A DNA stretch of 64,000 nucleotides from Takakia lepidozioides (GCA_030704615.1 CM060733.1:42532001-42596000); one strand, 5' to 3'; positions 23,901 through 36,653 are shown, numbered from the stretch's first letter. The notes: a model not told the origin generated them from the letters alone. Numbers and translations: made by a program.

Positions 23901-24047
23901 ACTCCTGCACATGTCCACAAAACCCCATTTTTAACACAATGATGCAATGCACAAGTCCAACAAAGAGGATGTCTCCCATGTGCACTTTGCCTGAAGAACA
24001 GCGACTCTCGATATTGAAACAACAATGAAAGCATGCACAGGTTGAAC

Positions 24048-27000
24048 TTACTCACAGGCAAAGTCGGAGTCCAGCTCCTTGTCAGAAGTCTCCTCTGTAT
24101 CAGTATCAACAGGACGGGGCTTCAGAAGGACTTGAGAAGTGTGTCCACCCAAACCCATCAGGAGGTTCTTGTAAATCTCAGCATCCCCTTCAATCCCAAA
24201 GACATGTCGCGCACTGGCCTTGCAAGCGTGGTAAGAAGCACCTGCAGTGGAATAGAATGAATGAAGAAGACATTGAAGACACATTCGGAATGGTGGGAAG
24301 TGCTGAAAGTGCAAGCTCAATCAAACCTCATGAAATGTGAATGTTGAAGAGAGGAACCTGTGCCCATTGACAAATCCAGAACTCTGGCGTCTGTGTAGGT
24401 GCAGCACTCCACAATCGTTTGAATGAAAGCCGGACTCCTCTCCCTCGCCCCTCTCCAAGGAACCCCATCCCCCCTTCGCAAGCACACGTTGCTGTCGACG
24501 TAGTTGTGATGCATGTCATCCGTGGGGGGATCTGTCCTGTCATCTATGAACTTGGCCCCATGAGTGATGGCAAACTCGGTAATGCCGGCCGGAGTCGTTT
24601 GTGGATGCACCCGGACGAGACAAACAGCTTCAAACAGACGAGTCTGCGAACATGACATCCACAAGGAACTAAGAAGCAAAAAAAAATCGGGCCCCTACAT
24701 ATGAGTTTGAGCGACCTATACAACCCCATCGGAGAACAACCAAGAAGAGGAAGAAGAAGGCAAACTCACCATCTCTCCCGGGCGATCCCCCTTCGTAAGG
24801 TACATGCTGTTCACACAATTCCATGTCTTCACGACTCTCATGCCCGAGGCTTTCAAATAGCTGGAAAGTGCACGGCGACACCGACCGTCGATGGACTGGA
24901 TGAGCACCAAAACACCTGCATCGGACAGGAAGAAGTTGCAAAAGGAGAAAACCCACCGCCAGTAGCGCTCATCAAAAGCATTCCAACCCGGACAAGCACC
25001 CGATGGAGGGATATCCGGGACTGCCAACCCATCAGGGATGTCCAAGATGATGAGTTCGGCTGCATATGGCTTCTCCTTCCCGTTCACCCAGGATTTGGTC
25101 ATTTTAGCCTGCAAACAAAAATACAATGGAATTCTCACAAGTTTAGAAACGATCCATGCCCACAGCAGACAAAAACAACAGAAGCCACAGAACCCAAAGA
25201 GAACACGCACCGTGCTGAGGAACTGCACAATCCTGTCCCACACTGGTGATGGCTCGCCCTTGTAATCAGATTTCTTCGACTCCATCATGGCAAGGAACCC
25301 GACGTTGGCCATCTCCAACCTGGTTGGGCGAATGACCCTCGTGGGATGTTCCACTGCATGGTACGGGTCCTTGGGATCAACCACCCCCTTGTTTTTTCTC
25401 CCGGATCCCCTACCATGCGGTGGAGTCTGCTGGACATGCTCCACAGGGCCAATATCTGCAACACTTCCCTGCCCTTGTGCCACCTTCCCTCTACCCCTTC
25501 CCTTCCCCACAACACCAGCAACATCTTTTCCCTTTGCCTTTCTTCCTCTACCTGGGGTATCGTGAGCGGGAGGCTCCTTCTCTGCAAGAGTCCTCAAATT
25601 TCGTTCATGAATGTCGAGGTCGGCTGCTGCGGCAGTGGCTGCAATACGGTCATTCTCTCTCCTCAAAGACACCTCTGGAGCTGGGGTCTCAGAAGGAGGG
25701 CAATCCAAATACCAACCACAAGAAGAAAGATGGTCTGGGCCCCAGTCATGCAAGATCCCAGTAGTGAACATGGTCTGGTTGCCAGCAGGGACAAGCCACA
25801 GGTCCACGAAATCTGGATGTTTGTCCAGGCAATTCTCTTCCAGGAGAACAAACTTTATGTACCTGCAGCAACAGAGACAGCCTCATTTTACAATGGAAAT
25901 ATTGTGTGGCAACTTTTCCATCACACCAGGAAGACCCCCTTAAACAGTATGCCACACAACACATTGCAACCACAACACAAATAAGTAGTGCAAGAGTGTG
26001 CACCTGTAAAGGCATCGTTTCCAGGCTTCCTCTCCTTTTTCTTGCTGGTCCAGCTCATTTGTTCGACTGATGCCACCCTCCTTGCTGAACTCTCTAAAGA
26101 AACAAGAGTGCCACACTGTGGCTCTCCATTTCCTCATGTATGCTTCGAAGGACACCTTCGGTGCTATCATACTGATGCCATAGTCAGCCAGTTGAGTATG
26201 CAGAACCGATCTGGCCCTTTCTTCCAACTGCAAAACAATACAAATGCAAGAATGAAACCAAAAGCAATCACAGCGAATGTAAGAGGCAATAGAAAGATAA
26301 GGACAGGAAAAGAGAAAAGACAGTGACACAGGGAAGGACATCACACCTGGCTCCAGTAAGTGGCCTTGTGAAGCCAGGTGTCCAGCACATTGTCACTGAC
26401 AGGAATGACACGCTGGGTCTTCTTCTCTTTCTCCGGCCTTGGGAACATGTGGGTATCCCTAACTGTGGGATCGGAGTTCCATATCTGCAGCCACTTCACC
26501 TTTTGTTCTGGAGACACAACGGCGGTAGACAGCCTGTGCAACTTCTCCTGGGCCATTTCTGGCTTGCCTGGCTTGTTATAATGGTTTTTTATCTCCAGGA
26601 GAAACTGCGGTCCGAATGATGGGTCGGCAATTCTCAACTGCTTCACGAAAGCACTCATTATAGTCCTTCTTGTAGCGGTCATCTCTTTCTGGATGCGACT
26701 CTCAACCCCCTTTGCTGTCCTTCTCTCCTCAGGGGTAGAGCTGTAGTATTCCAGTTTGCCACGCTCCCCTGCATCTGCAATGTCTTGCTGCAAGGGAATG
26801 CAAGAGAGTTGCATCAGCACAAGGTCAAGGGAAACAAACAGAAACAAACATGTGGAATATGGAAGACCAGATGAAGGAAGATGTATCTCACCGTGTACAT
26901 GTACTCCATGAAAGCCTCACGGGTCAACGAGTACCACGTTTCCGATGTCTTGGAGCTTTCGCACTTCTTGTACATCTCTGCTGAAAGGATGGTCTTGAAG

Positions 27001-30000
27001 TTGGTCAAGGGCATCTGCCCTATCCTTTGTATCCTATACAGTGTGTGAACCAAACTCGTTTTGACATGCGATGTCTCCGTTCCTCTGCAGAATGATATCT
27101 GTAAGTCAGAATGAAATTCAAGGTCTTCAATCAAAGAAGAACGGAACCACAAGTGGAACATGTAGAATGAGAAACCAACCTGTTCACATCATTCATTGCC
27201 GTCAGAAGACCCATCATGTTCCCGTCACAATCCAGCACCATCGATCGAACAGAGTAATGCCACTCTTCCTCTGTGAGTGCAGCCTCCCAATGACAGCCAT
27301 CCATGCAAGCAAGCGGTGGTTCCCATCCCAAACGTGAAACATCTTTCCCGAGAATGCCTGGGTGGAAGGTTTCCTGGAGAGAAGAAGTTCGAAGGATTCG
27401 TTCAGCTGTCTCCAAATGGGGTCCCAGGAGTCCACGATTGACTGATCCACGAGGAGCTCATTACCTTTGGAATCCCTAGTAGAAACGTAAAAGACTGCGG
27501 ATCCATCCAAATACCCATGCACAAACTCGGCCTCCAGCTTGAGAATGTCCTTGACGAGGGTGTACGAACGACGGGCATGGAAACCAACCTACACAGGGGA
27601 ATCTTCAACCTCCCACCCGGGGCAAGCATACTTTGCACCACAAGCTGAGAGTTTACCTTCTGACCCCCCAGCATCTCAGCGGCTTTGCTTTCATAGAACT
27701 CATCGTCCACATCAACAATTATCTCCTTCTCCTGACCCGAAGGAACCTCATCTGCCACACTTTGCATCTTCTCCTGCAGGGTTGTTCATTCAACTTGATA
27801 TTAGAGAGGCATGAAACGTCGGCTTAGGCATGAAAAAGTGGGCTCAAAGAGTGTGCGTTGACGCACAGTATTTTAAGCTGCCGGGTAAGTGTACATTGAC
27901 CCTCACAGACATGTCCTATGTTGCCGAATTCCACAGAAATAGACAATGTAAAAGTGGGCTCAAACAGTGTGCGTTGACGCACACTGTTTCACTTGCCATG
28001 TAAATGATCATTGAACATCTACTTGTGCCAGGTAAGTGTTCATTGTAAACTCCAAGATATGCGGCCGATTTTGGATGAAAAAAGTGAAAGGGTGAGTTCG
28101 AACAGTGTGACATGTACACCTCAAACAGTGTGCGTTGGCGCACACTGTTTGAGCTGCCACTGAATGGTTATTTCATCATTATAAACCGGCCCTGGAAGTC
28201 CGAATTTAACACCAAAAAAGCAGTGACATGTTCAGCTCAAACAGTGTGCGTTGGCGCACACTGTTTGAGCTGCCACTGAATGGTTATTTCATCATCATAA
28301 ACGTGCCCTGGAAGTCCGAATTTAACACCAAAAAAGCAGTGACATGTACAGCTCAAACAGTGTGCGTTGGCGCACACTGTTTGAGCTGCCACTGAATGGT
28401 TATTTCATCCTCAGAAACGTGCCCTAAATGCCGAATTTCAATCGGAAAAAACACTTACATGTTCACCTCAAACAGTGTGCGTTGGCGCACACTGTTTGAG
28501 CTGCCACTGAATGGTTATTTCATCATCATAAACCTGCCCTGGAAGTCCAAATTTAACACCAAAAAAGCAGTGACATGTACAGCTCAAACAGTGTGCGTTG
28601 GCGCACACTGTTTGAGCTGCCACTGAATGGTTATTTCATCCTCAGAAACGTGCCCTAAATGCCAAATTTCAATCGGAAAAAACACTTACATGTTCACCTC
28701 AAACAGTGTGCGTTGGCGCACACTGTTTGAGCTGCCACTGAATGGTTATTTCATCATAATAAACCTGCCCTGGAAGTCCGAATTTAACACCAAAAAAGCA
28801 GTGACATGTATAGTTCAAACAGTGTGCGTTGGCGCACACTGCTTGAGCTGCCACTGAATGGTTATTTCATCCTCAGAAACGTGCCCTAAATGCCGAATTT
28901 AACACCAAAAAAGCAGTAACATGTTCAGCTCAAACAGTGTGCGTTGGCGCACACTGTTTGAGCTGCCACTGAATATTTATTTCATCATCATAAACCGGCC
29001 CTTGAAGTCCAAATTTAACACCAAAAAAGCAGTGACATGTTCAGCTCAAACAGTGTGCGTTGGCGCACACTGTTTGAGCTGCCACTGAATGGTTATTTCA
29101 TCCTCAGAAACGTGCCCTAGATGCCGAATTTCAATCAGAAAAAACACTTACATGTTCAGCTCAAACAGTGTGCGTTGGCGCACACTGTTTGAGCTGCCAC
29201 TGAATGGTTATTTCATCATCATAAACCTGCCTTGGAAGTCCGAATTTAACACCAAAAAAGCAGTGACATGTACAGCTCAAACAGTGTGCGTTGGCGCACA
29301 CTGTTTGAGCTGCCACTGAATGGTTATTTCATCCTCAGAAACGTGCCCGAAATGCCGAATTTAACACCAAAAAAGCAGTGACATGTTCAGCTCAAACAGT
29401 GTGCGTTGGCGCACACTGTTTGAGCTGCCACTGAATGGTTATTTCATCCTCAGAAACGTGCCCTAAATGCCGAATTTCAATCGGAAAAAACACTTACATG
29501 TTCACCTCAAACAGTGTGCGTTGGCGCACACTGTTTGAGCTGCCACTGAATGGTTATTTCATCCTCAGAAACGTGCCCTAAATGCCGAATTTCAATCGGA
29601 AAAAACACTTACATGTTCAGCTCAAACAGTGTGCGCCAACGCACACTGTTTGAGCTGCCACTGAATGGTTATTTCATCCTCAGAAATGTGCCCTAAATGC
29701 CAAATTTCAATCGGAAAAAACACTTACATGTTCAGCTCAAACAGTGTGCGTTGGCGCACACTGTTTGAGCTGCCACTGAATGGTTATTTCATCATCATAA
29801 ACCTGCCCTGGAAGTCCGAATTTCAATCGGAAAAAACACTTACATGTTCAGCTCAAACAGTGTGCGTTGGCGCACACTGTTTGAGCTGCCACTGAATGGT
29901 TATTTCATCATCATAAACCTGCCGTGGAAGTCCGAATTTCAATCTGAAAAAACACTTACATGTTCAGCTCAAACAGTGTGCGCCAACGCACACTGTTTGA

Positions 30001-30946
30001 GCTGCCACTGAATGGTTATTTCGTCATCATAAACGTGCCCTAAAGGGCGAATTCAACACGGACAAAACCGTGACATGTAGAGCTCAAACAGTGTGCGCCA
30101 ATGCACACTGTTTGAGTTGCCACTGAAGGGTTCTGTCGTCCTGACATACATATCCTTGAAAACCGATATCGAGACGGAAACAGCAGTGAAATGTTCAGCT
30201 CAACTGTCTCTGATTGAGCTTGCAATTTGGGTTGTATTGAACCTGCTGTAGTGCCCAAGTTTGGGCGTTTCGCACCTGATCAATCAACCAAATTGGTAGG
30301 CCCAAACAGTGTGCGTTGCCGCACACTATTTGGGCTTCCAGTTTGCGGTGCTTTCAGCTTGGTGCAGATTGGTGCTGTGTGGGCTATATTCATATCAGCA
30401 ACGAAACACAAATGTGGGTCTTAAAGATTTCACCTTTTTCTTGGCTGCTCCAGAAGACTCCCCAATTGCCGGGGACCCTTTGCGCTTCGGGCTGCTCTCT
30501 GCGCCGAGCGTGTACGTGAGCCTCTCCCCCTTCCTCTTTCCCGCAGGCAGACTCCTCGTGAGGCCACCTTCAACATCCTCTTCCATCTCGTCTGTCTCTC
30601 CCTCAGATGCGGTGTCCTCTTCATCTGTTCTTGGAACTATGGCGGGCTGCTGTTCTTCTGCTGATTCCTGCTCCTCCATCGCCACACTTTTCTCTACTCC
30701 CTCTTCTACCTTCTTTTCCTCTTCGTCCACTCTTTCCATCCTCATTCTATCTCTGGCTCTATTCCTGTTTCTAGAGCTCGTGAAGTATAGTGACTTCCTT
30801 CTCTTCCTCCTCCGCTGGAAACAAGGGCTCCCCACGATGCCTCTAGAGCTCTCCAGTTTGACGTTTGTAACAAGTGCTGCTATGGCATGTAACCAAAATC
30901 GAAATTGGACGTTGTCAACCATATTTGGATGCGGGAATTCATCCAT
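24048..30946 (-). pseudogene. Spliced ParB/Srx plus beta-class amino-MTase-like fusion of element B (frameshifts near 27560 and 27270)
   Basis: IPLCRLVSMPVVR, FHVWDGNHRLLAW, AELIILDIPDG, RERSPAFIQTIVECCTYTDARVLDLSMGTG and GASYHACKASARHVFGIEGDAEIY. GT-AG exon borders; the 30434-30946 exon splices in frame to 27773. Confidence 0.82.
27840..30335. repeat. Palindrome array B: about 20 units of 115/116 bp, each with CAGCTCAAACAGTGTGCG-TTGG-CGCACACTGTTTGAGCTG
   Basis: Visible directly. A 231-bp dimer is reflected in repeated spurious ORFs at 28396, 28627 and 29089. Confidence 0.97.
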
Positions 30947-31670
30947 TCCGTCGTCTCCATATTATCCAAGCAATAAAGCGCTAGAAAAATAGTACATCCG
31001 TTGCATGCACTAGCGATATATGTCAGATGTACTGCGCCGCCTGCCAATACACCGCGGCCTTCTTGCTTTCTTTCAAATTCGGATGTGCCATAGAAATCTA
31101 ATGCTAGTTCATTTTCGAGCAGTTGTTGCAGATCCGCAATAATTGTTATGCTTCACATATGCATCCACGTGTGTTGTACTGCCTACCCTGTGGTTTGCAT
31201 TTTACCATTATCGTCGCCATGGGATCATTCGGCATAAAGGGTTCTGTCGGATACGACCATGTCTGCCACGCATTCGTGCGAGGTATCTTCTGCAGTGTCA
31301 GTGTTTGTGCTGTGCTCTTCTGCCACAACACAACCTCATGACATTTGTGGTCTTCCTGTTTACTGCTCTCCAGGGTTGTTGCCGTCTTTTCATAATGGTT
31401 GGTTTCATGTCGTTTTCAGTGTTTGTTTTCATCCATAAACAGCACGGCTTCTTGTAGTATTTCAAAACAGTTTTTCTGGTTAGTGCCTCTTGGCGTTGCT
31501 GTTTCCGAAATGAAGGTGCATCTCATCCCTACATCCTTTGCATGCATCACCTGCAACCTTTGGATTGGAGCTACCCTTGTTGACCTCGGTTTGCTTGTCT
31601 TAATACCCCCTTCGGTAATTGCGGGCTATCAGTTCGAGGATTCCGCAACTTTCGTTCAGTGAGGGAAAAC

Positions 31671-32970
31671 ATGTCGAGGGAGCGAGATACACTTGCTCGA
31701 TTCCATTCCAATGCAGGTACTCTTCCACTGACTGCCACTGCAGACGACGATGGGTTTGCAGTTGTTCATGAGGATGAGCTGGTTACAGTGTTCCCGCTGG
31801 AGTTGGGTTCTCTCCTTGTTCAAAAAGAGGTGTATGACGAGGATGGGAATTTGGATTCTGGGCACTTGGAGAAACCATTGGTTGGCAAGTGTGGAAGGAA
31901 ATGGAGAGTCCTTCCAGGCACATACCGTGTCCTTGGAAAAGAGAGAAGACAATCAGCAGGATCGGTCGTTACCCCTGGCACTGCAGCATCGGTCATGCAA
32001 CAGAAGGGCACAGTTCCTGTGAAACAAGAGGTGAGCACATCCACTACCTTCGTGACTCTTTCAGACTCGTCCTCGGAGGATGTTTATGAGATTCCTCCAC
32101 CAGTGCAGACTCCGTCATTGGATGATGACGAATTGCAAGAGATAACGAGTGTCATTCCAAAATTGAAAGCCCTTGCAGGTGTGCCTGGGTGCAAGAGCGA
32201 GCTGCGTTTTGTTGATTGGGAGTCCCTTCCTGTGCAACGGGTTCAATACGTGCCAACACAGTTTGATGGGGACATCCTATTTGAGCTCAACCTCCCACCT
32301 CAACCACTGGACTGGCTGGGCTTTTACAGGGCATGGACAAGAAACATGACGGACATCCTTGGTGCAGGACAAAAACGTCGAACATCCATAACGACATTGG
32401 CTTGAAATTTCGGAGGTCGGTCTGCGTTGGGCATTGTAAGTGCCAGAATATTTCTTGCCCTCGCCTGAGAAACAGCGCTCAACCAAATGAAAGTGAGTGG
32501 GAAGGTGTGCCCCTGAATCCTTTCACCCCAGGGCTTGCCCCTCCCAGGACCAATACTTTCGTGTGCAGGTTCTGCAAACTTTCCCCGTCCTGTGTTTCTG
32601 TGTGCCACGCTCGTATGTATCAGGTGGCACACCGATGCAAGACAATGACTCGTGCCTGCATTCATATGGGTGCACACGAGCATCCTGTGTCCAAAGGAAG
32701 TTGCAGGGATAGCGTGGACATCGCTAGAAATCTGCTGAAGCAGGAGTTCCACAATGCCCCTTCTGCAACACCTTCTGCTATAGCGCTTGCAGCTAGCAAG
32801 GCATTCCTAGAGAAACACATACTGGGTGAAGGGGATGCGACACAACTTATGCTGGATGCAGATTCGCTTAATGCAGTCATGGACCATTTCTCCGTGTTGA
32901 GCTCTCCCAATATTCGAAACCAGGTGAATGCACTCAGAATGGGCACAGGCACTGCTGGCTTCATGGACAA
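31671..32970 (+). pseudogene. Element B transposase N-terminus with GCM-type zinc/DNA-binding domain (frameshift near 32300)
   Basis: DGHPW...SVCVGHCKCQNISC...CRFC...CHAR...CIHMGAHEHP follows the GCM/WRKY-fold Cys/His pattern. Confidence 0.78.
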
Positions 32971-33219
32971 GAATATCAGGTTACCGTCGGGAATTTCCCT
33001 TCGTGCACTTGTCCGGACTTTGTAACGATGCGTGAGGGCGCTCTCGGCATGAGAGGGAAGTGGGTCCCCTGCAAGCATCAATATTACATATACCTTGTGA
33101 TTATGTGTTGCGACGGTAAGAGAGACCAATTCATCCACCAAGCCACACTAGGCTATGGAGAAGTGAACACCCTTCTACAGCGGGACACCTCGCGTGGAGC
33201 TCCGCCAACTTCTCTTTGA
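32970..33219 (+). pseudogene. Element B transposase C-terminal SWIM zinc finger
   Basis: Manual translation EYQVTVGNFPSCTCPDF...KWVPCKHQYY gives CxC...CxH. Confidence 0.85.
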
Positions 33220-33289
33220 ACACATACGAGCCATGCCCGCTTCCCATGCTGATTTGCAGGTTGCCATGTGAAGACTTTGCACTATGAAG

Positions 33290-35287
33290 AACTGACCCAA
33301 TTGACAGCACTGTGTAAATCCGTCCATACCCCGGAGAAGGGACTTCGGTGATACGAGACACCCGAGCCTGCAAAATTCTAGCAGATTCCATCTTGCATTC
33401 GTGATCTGCACCCGAAGCGAAACGGCGCACTGTTTTTCCATCTCTTTTTGTTGGGTGGGAGTCGGCACCGGGTGGCGGCATTGCCGGAGCATGTGGCACA
33501 TCTGTGCCGACAGTGCATGAGGGCACCACCCGGGACCGTGCAAGACGGAACCCTCCTTCCTCCAGCATGCTTATCTCGGTTGATGACAGCGACGTCCCAA
33601 TTTGCACAGGCCAAATTGCGGGGGGAGGGGGTTTCATTATCACCGAAGGACGAACTGTTCCCTTCACGCATCGTGCCATATCATCTGGGCAGAACCAAAA
33701 TTTGTGGTCCTTTGACTCCCCACTATGATAAGGTCGGAACAACCCTGTGAATGTTGGAGCTGGAGTCCCCTGGAGCCTTTGCATATCTTTGATTTGCATT
33801 TCTTGAATGAGGGGGTCCGAATTGCCATGCAAGCCACTCTAGATCCTGGTGGGGTGCGTTCTATATGCCACTCACTATCAATGCAATCGGATTCCTGCAC
33901 CATGGCCACCGCCTCCTCCAATGGGATTCCCGCTGCTGTGCTTGTATGTTCTGCACCTGCTCCACTGGAGGAGGACCCACCTGGGAAGGGGCGGGCACAC
34001 GACTCAGTCTGTAGTGGAGACACCTTTGGCACAGAGAAATTGACCCTGTCTGGCCGATGGGAATCTCCATCTGACCCTGGAAGAGTGTTCAATTTCCTTT
34101 TGCATGATCCAAATCTTTCCTCGCCTTCCAAATGGGGGATCCTGGATTGTAGAGCGGACCCTTCAGTGCATCTGTTTAGAGCTCTGGCCATCTTCGACGG
34201 GACTCCGGACCTACTCGCAGCCCTTAGCATCAACAAAGTCGTATCAGGGCCCTTGCCTCCACCCCGTCCCATCAGAAAATTGCGGTACCTGGTTTGTTGT
34301 GTAAGTGCACGCACCATGTCATCAGCAGTGGCCACATACAAGTCACGACCTGCTTTGGTAGACTGCTGCATCCAGGCGTTGTGAACAGTCTCCGCCAAAT
34401 TACAGGATGGCATGTCGGCCAAGTCCTCCAAGGACATGTCCTGCAGGAGGCATTGCATGGATATGTGAGGAACGAAAACAAATGGTAGAGGTTCTTCAAG
34501 TGACAATCGAAGAACCCCAAATGAACAGGCACGATGCAAAATTTCTGTTTTTGGGATTGAAGAGGCTTACCGTCGTCATGAAAGCTCCCCACTGTCTGTA
34601 CCTGAAGTGCCAGAAAACCAACCAGTCCTCCAACTCCTTTACGTGGGTACCTGTTGCAGCACCAGAGGAGAACCACCAAGCCCGGATTGCCTGGTAAGTG
34701 CTCTCAGCTTCTCCCATTGAGGTGGCATTCTTGTACTTGAGACAGAGCCTTCTGTGCTCCAACTGCAGGTCAGGGCGAATGCAGCGCTTTGTATGACGTG
34801 CCAGAGATTGAGTCCAATGGAAGAGGCATGTGCGCTCCCTATTTTCCATTGGGACCTTAGGATCCCCCGAACCAAACACGCGTCGCACTGCATTGAAATT
34901 TGCCTGTGCACTATCAGCCATGAAGCCCGCAAAATTTGTGTTTTGTATTCCATTGCGCTGCATGACGGCCAAGAGCGAATTCCACATGAGCATTTGGGAT
35001 TCAGTGTCCTCCGACTGCATATCACAAATTGCTATGGAGAGCACACACTGGTACGCCGGATCATACACATGGCACGCCATGGTTGTCCAACCCTTCACCC
35101 GTTTGCAGTGATCAAACATTAACCAACATTTAGCCAAATCTCCTCCTGGTTGCATACGGCGGACAATGCTCACACCACTGCCTTCGCCCACAGCGGACAT
35201 CTTGAACAAATACACCTTGGACGAGCCCTGGCCAGGGAAGACACTGTTTTGAATGAATTCATAGCGACTCCTCCGCTTCAAACATAT
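33290..35287 (-). pseudogene. Element B transposase catalytic MULE-type DDE core, inverted and displaced (intron about 34442-34570)
   Basis: LMFDH, FMADSAQA, CLFH (CxxH) and CNLAETVHN. Homologous to 45882-46305, which is collinear with GCM in element A. Confidence 0.85.
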
Positions 35288-36653
35288 GGATTTCGTTTAC
35301 GGAACCAGGGCAAATGCACATGCAATTCATTGTAAGCGTCTATCTGTAAATTGAAATAAACTGTGACAATCATTCTGAGCTCAAATCTGCCATGTTTTCA
35401 TATTTCTATTTTTGAGCGGGCATTGCACACATGGTGTGTGTTGGCCCCCTTTGTTTTGTCCACGGTAATAGGCCCTCTTCCTGCAATCCTCGCCTATAGG
35501 ACCTTCTTCTCCAGCAGATTGGTGCCGCTCACGCTTCCCTGAAGCGTGAGCTCAGCTCACGCTTTCTAGCTTGGACGTGAGCTCAGCTCCCAGGCTCACG
35601 GGGCTGGGCTCACGCCGTAGCTACGCTCGGAATGACCAGCCTAGGAGTCAGGATTATAGAAATAATCCTAGAGTAGACCAAGGGCGAGGACCCAATGGTG
35701 AAGAACTGTGTTACTATTGTAATCAGGCAAGACATCGCAAGGCAGCCTGTTCATTCTGGATTAGACACCAGAATGAGATGAGAGCTCCTGTGAATGAGGG
35801 CCCAGCGGTGGCAGCTCATATGGTTAGGCCATGTGTTGTACCAAAAGTAAGTACAATGATAGTAACGAGAAGCAAAGCCAAACTAATACCTCCAGTAGTT
35901 GAGGAAGATGATGTTAATGAAGATGGCAGTGATGTGCCTGAAGATGATGAGGCTTGGAGAGATGAGAAGGAACTGCACAAGGAAGTGGCAGATACCATAA
36001 GGGAAATGCAGAAGAGTACTGATATTCCTATGGCAGATTCCTCTGATTCTGATGGAGAAGAAGAAGTGAGTAAGGATGAAAGGAAGAAAGAAGCTGCAGA
36101 CATGCAGAGTAATGAAGGGACTTTGGCTGAAGTAATATGCCAGACCAAAGCGGAGATTATTATTGGACAGCTATTGGCTGTGGCACCTTATTGTAGACAC
36201 AGGCTGTATCAAGCAATCAATCGAATTGCCCATGTGACAGGGAACATAGACCTGAACAGCAAGGTGGCCAGTTATAATGTGAAGCCGGAAGGGCGAGAAA
36301 CAGTCATGGACTTTGATGATTCCATGCCAGTAATCCAATTGAGAATTGGAAGCACAGAACTAACTGATGTACTGATAGATGGAGGCTCTGGAGTGAACAT
36401 CATGACAGACCAATTAAGGCAGAAGCTTGGTCTAAGTAACATGAAGCCAGCCCCATTTACAGTAACAATGGCAGATCAAAGAAGTGTACATCCACTGGGA
36501 TTGATAAGAGGAGTTAAGATACAGATTCAAAAGATGATCTTTATTATCACAGTAACTGTGTTAAAAATGGATGAAGTCATGGAAGCTTACTCCTTATTGT
36601 TGGGACGTCCGTGGCTGAAACAGGCCAGGGTATTTCATGACTGGAATTCCTAG

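Larger units (their letters stand above)
23154..35633. mobile_element. Element B: ~12.5-kb Mutator-like (GCM-DDE-SWIM) DNA transposon with ParB-MTase gene and palindrome array, inserted in G1 gag
   Basis: Gag sequence resumes on both sides (RGNYR | NDQPRSQ). Imperfect inverted ends ATTCCG-N10/11-GGCGTGAGCC and clustered GTGAGC/GCTCAC subterminal motifs at 23162-23230 and 35525-35633. Confidence 0.88.
13935..36653 (+). pseudogene. G1 gag-protease, split into 13935-14027, 21441-23153 and 35634-36653 by L2 and element B
   Basis: MSDEREAR...YLWERG|IDIGESSG is continuous in G2. Contains capsid-like FPIYSGKGDPDVHISQF, CCHC knuckles (CAKCQNEGH, CYYCNQARH) and protease LIDGGSGVN. An 11-bp deletion near 22368 relative to G2 causes a frameshift. 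Confidence 0.9.
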
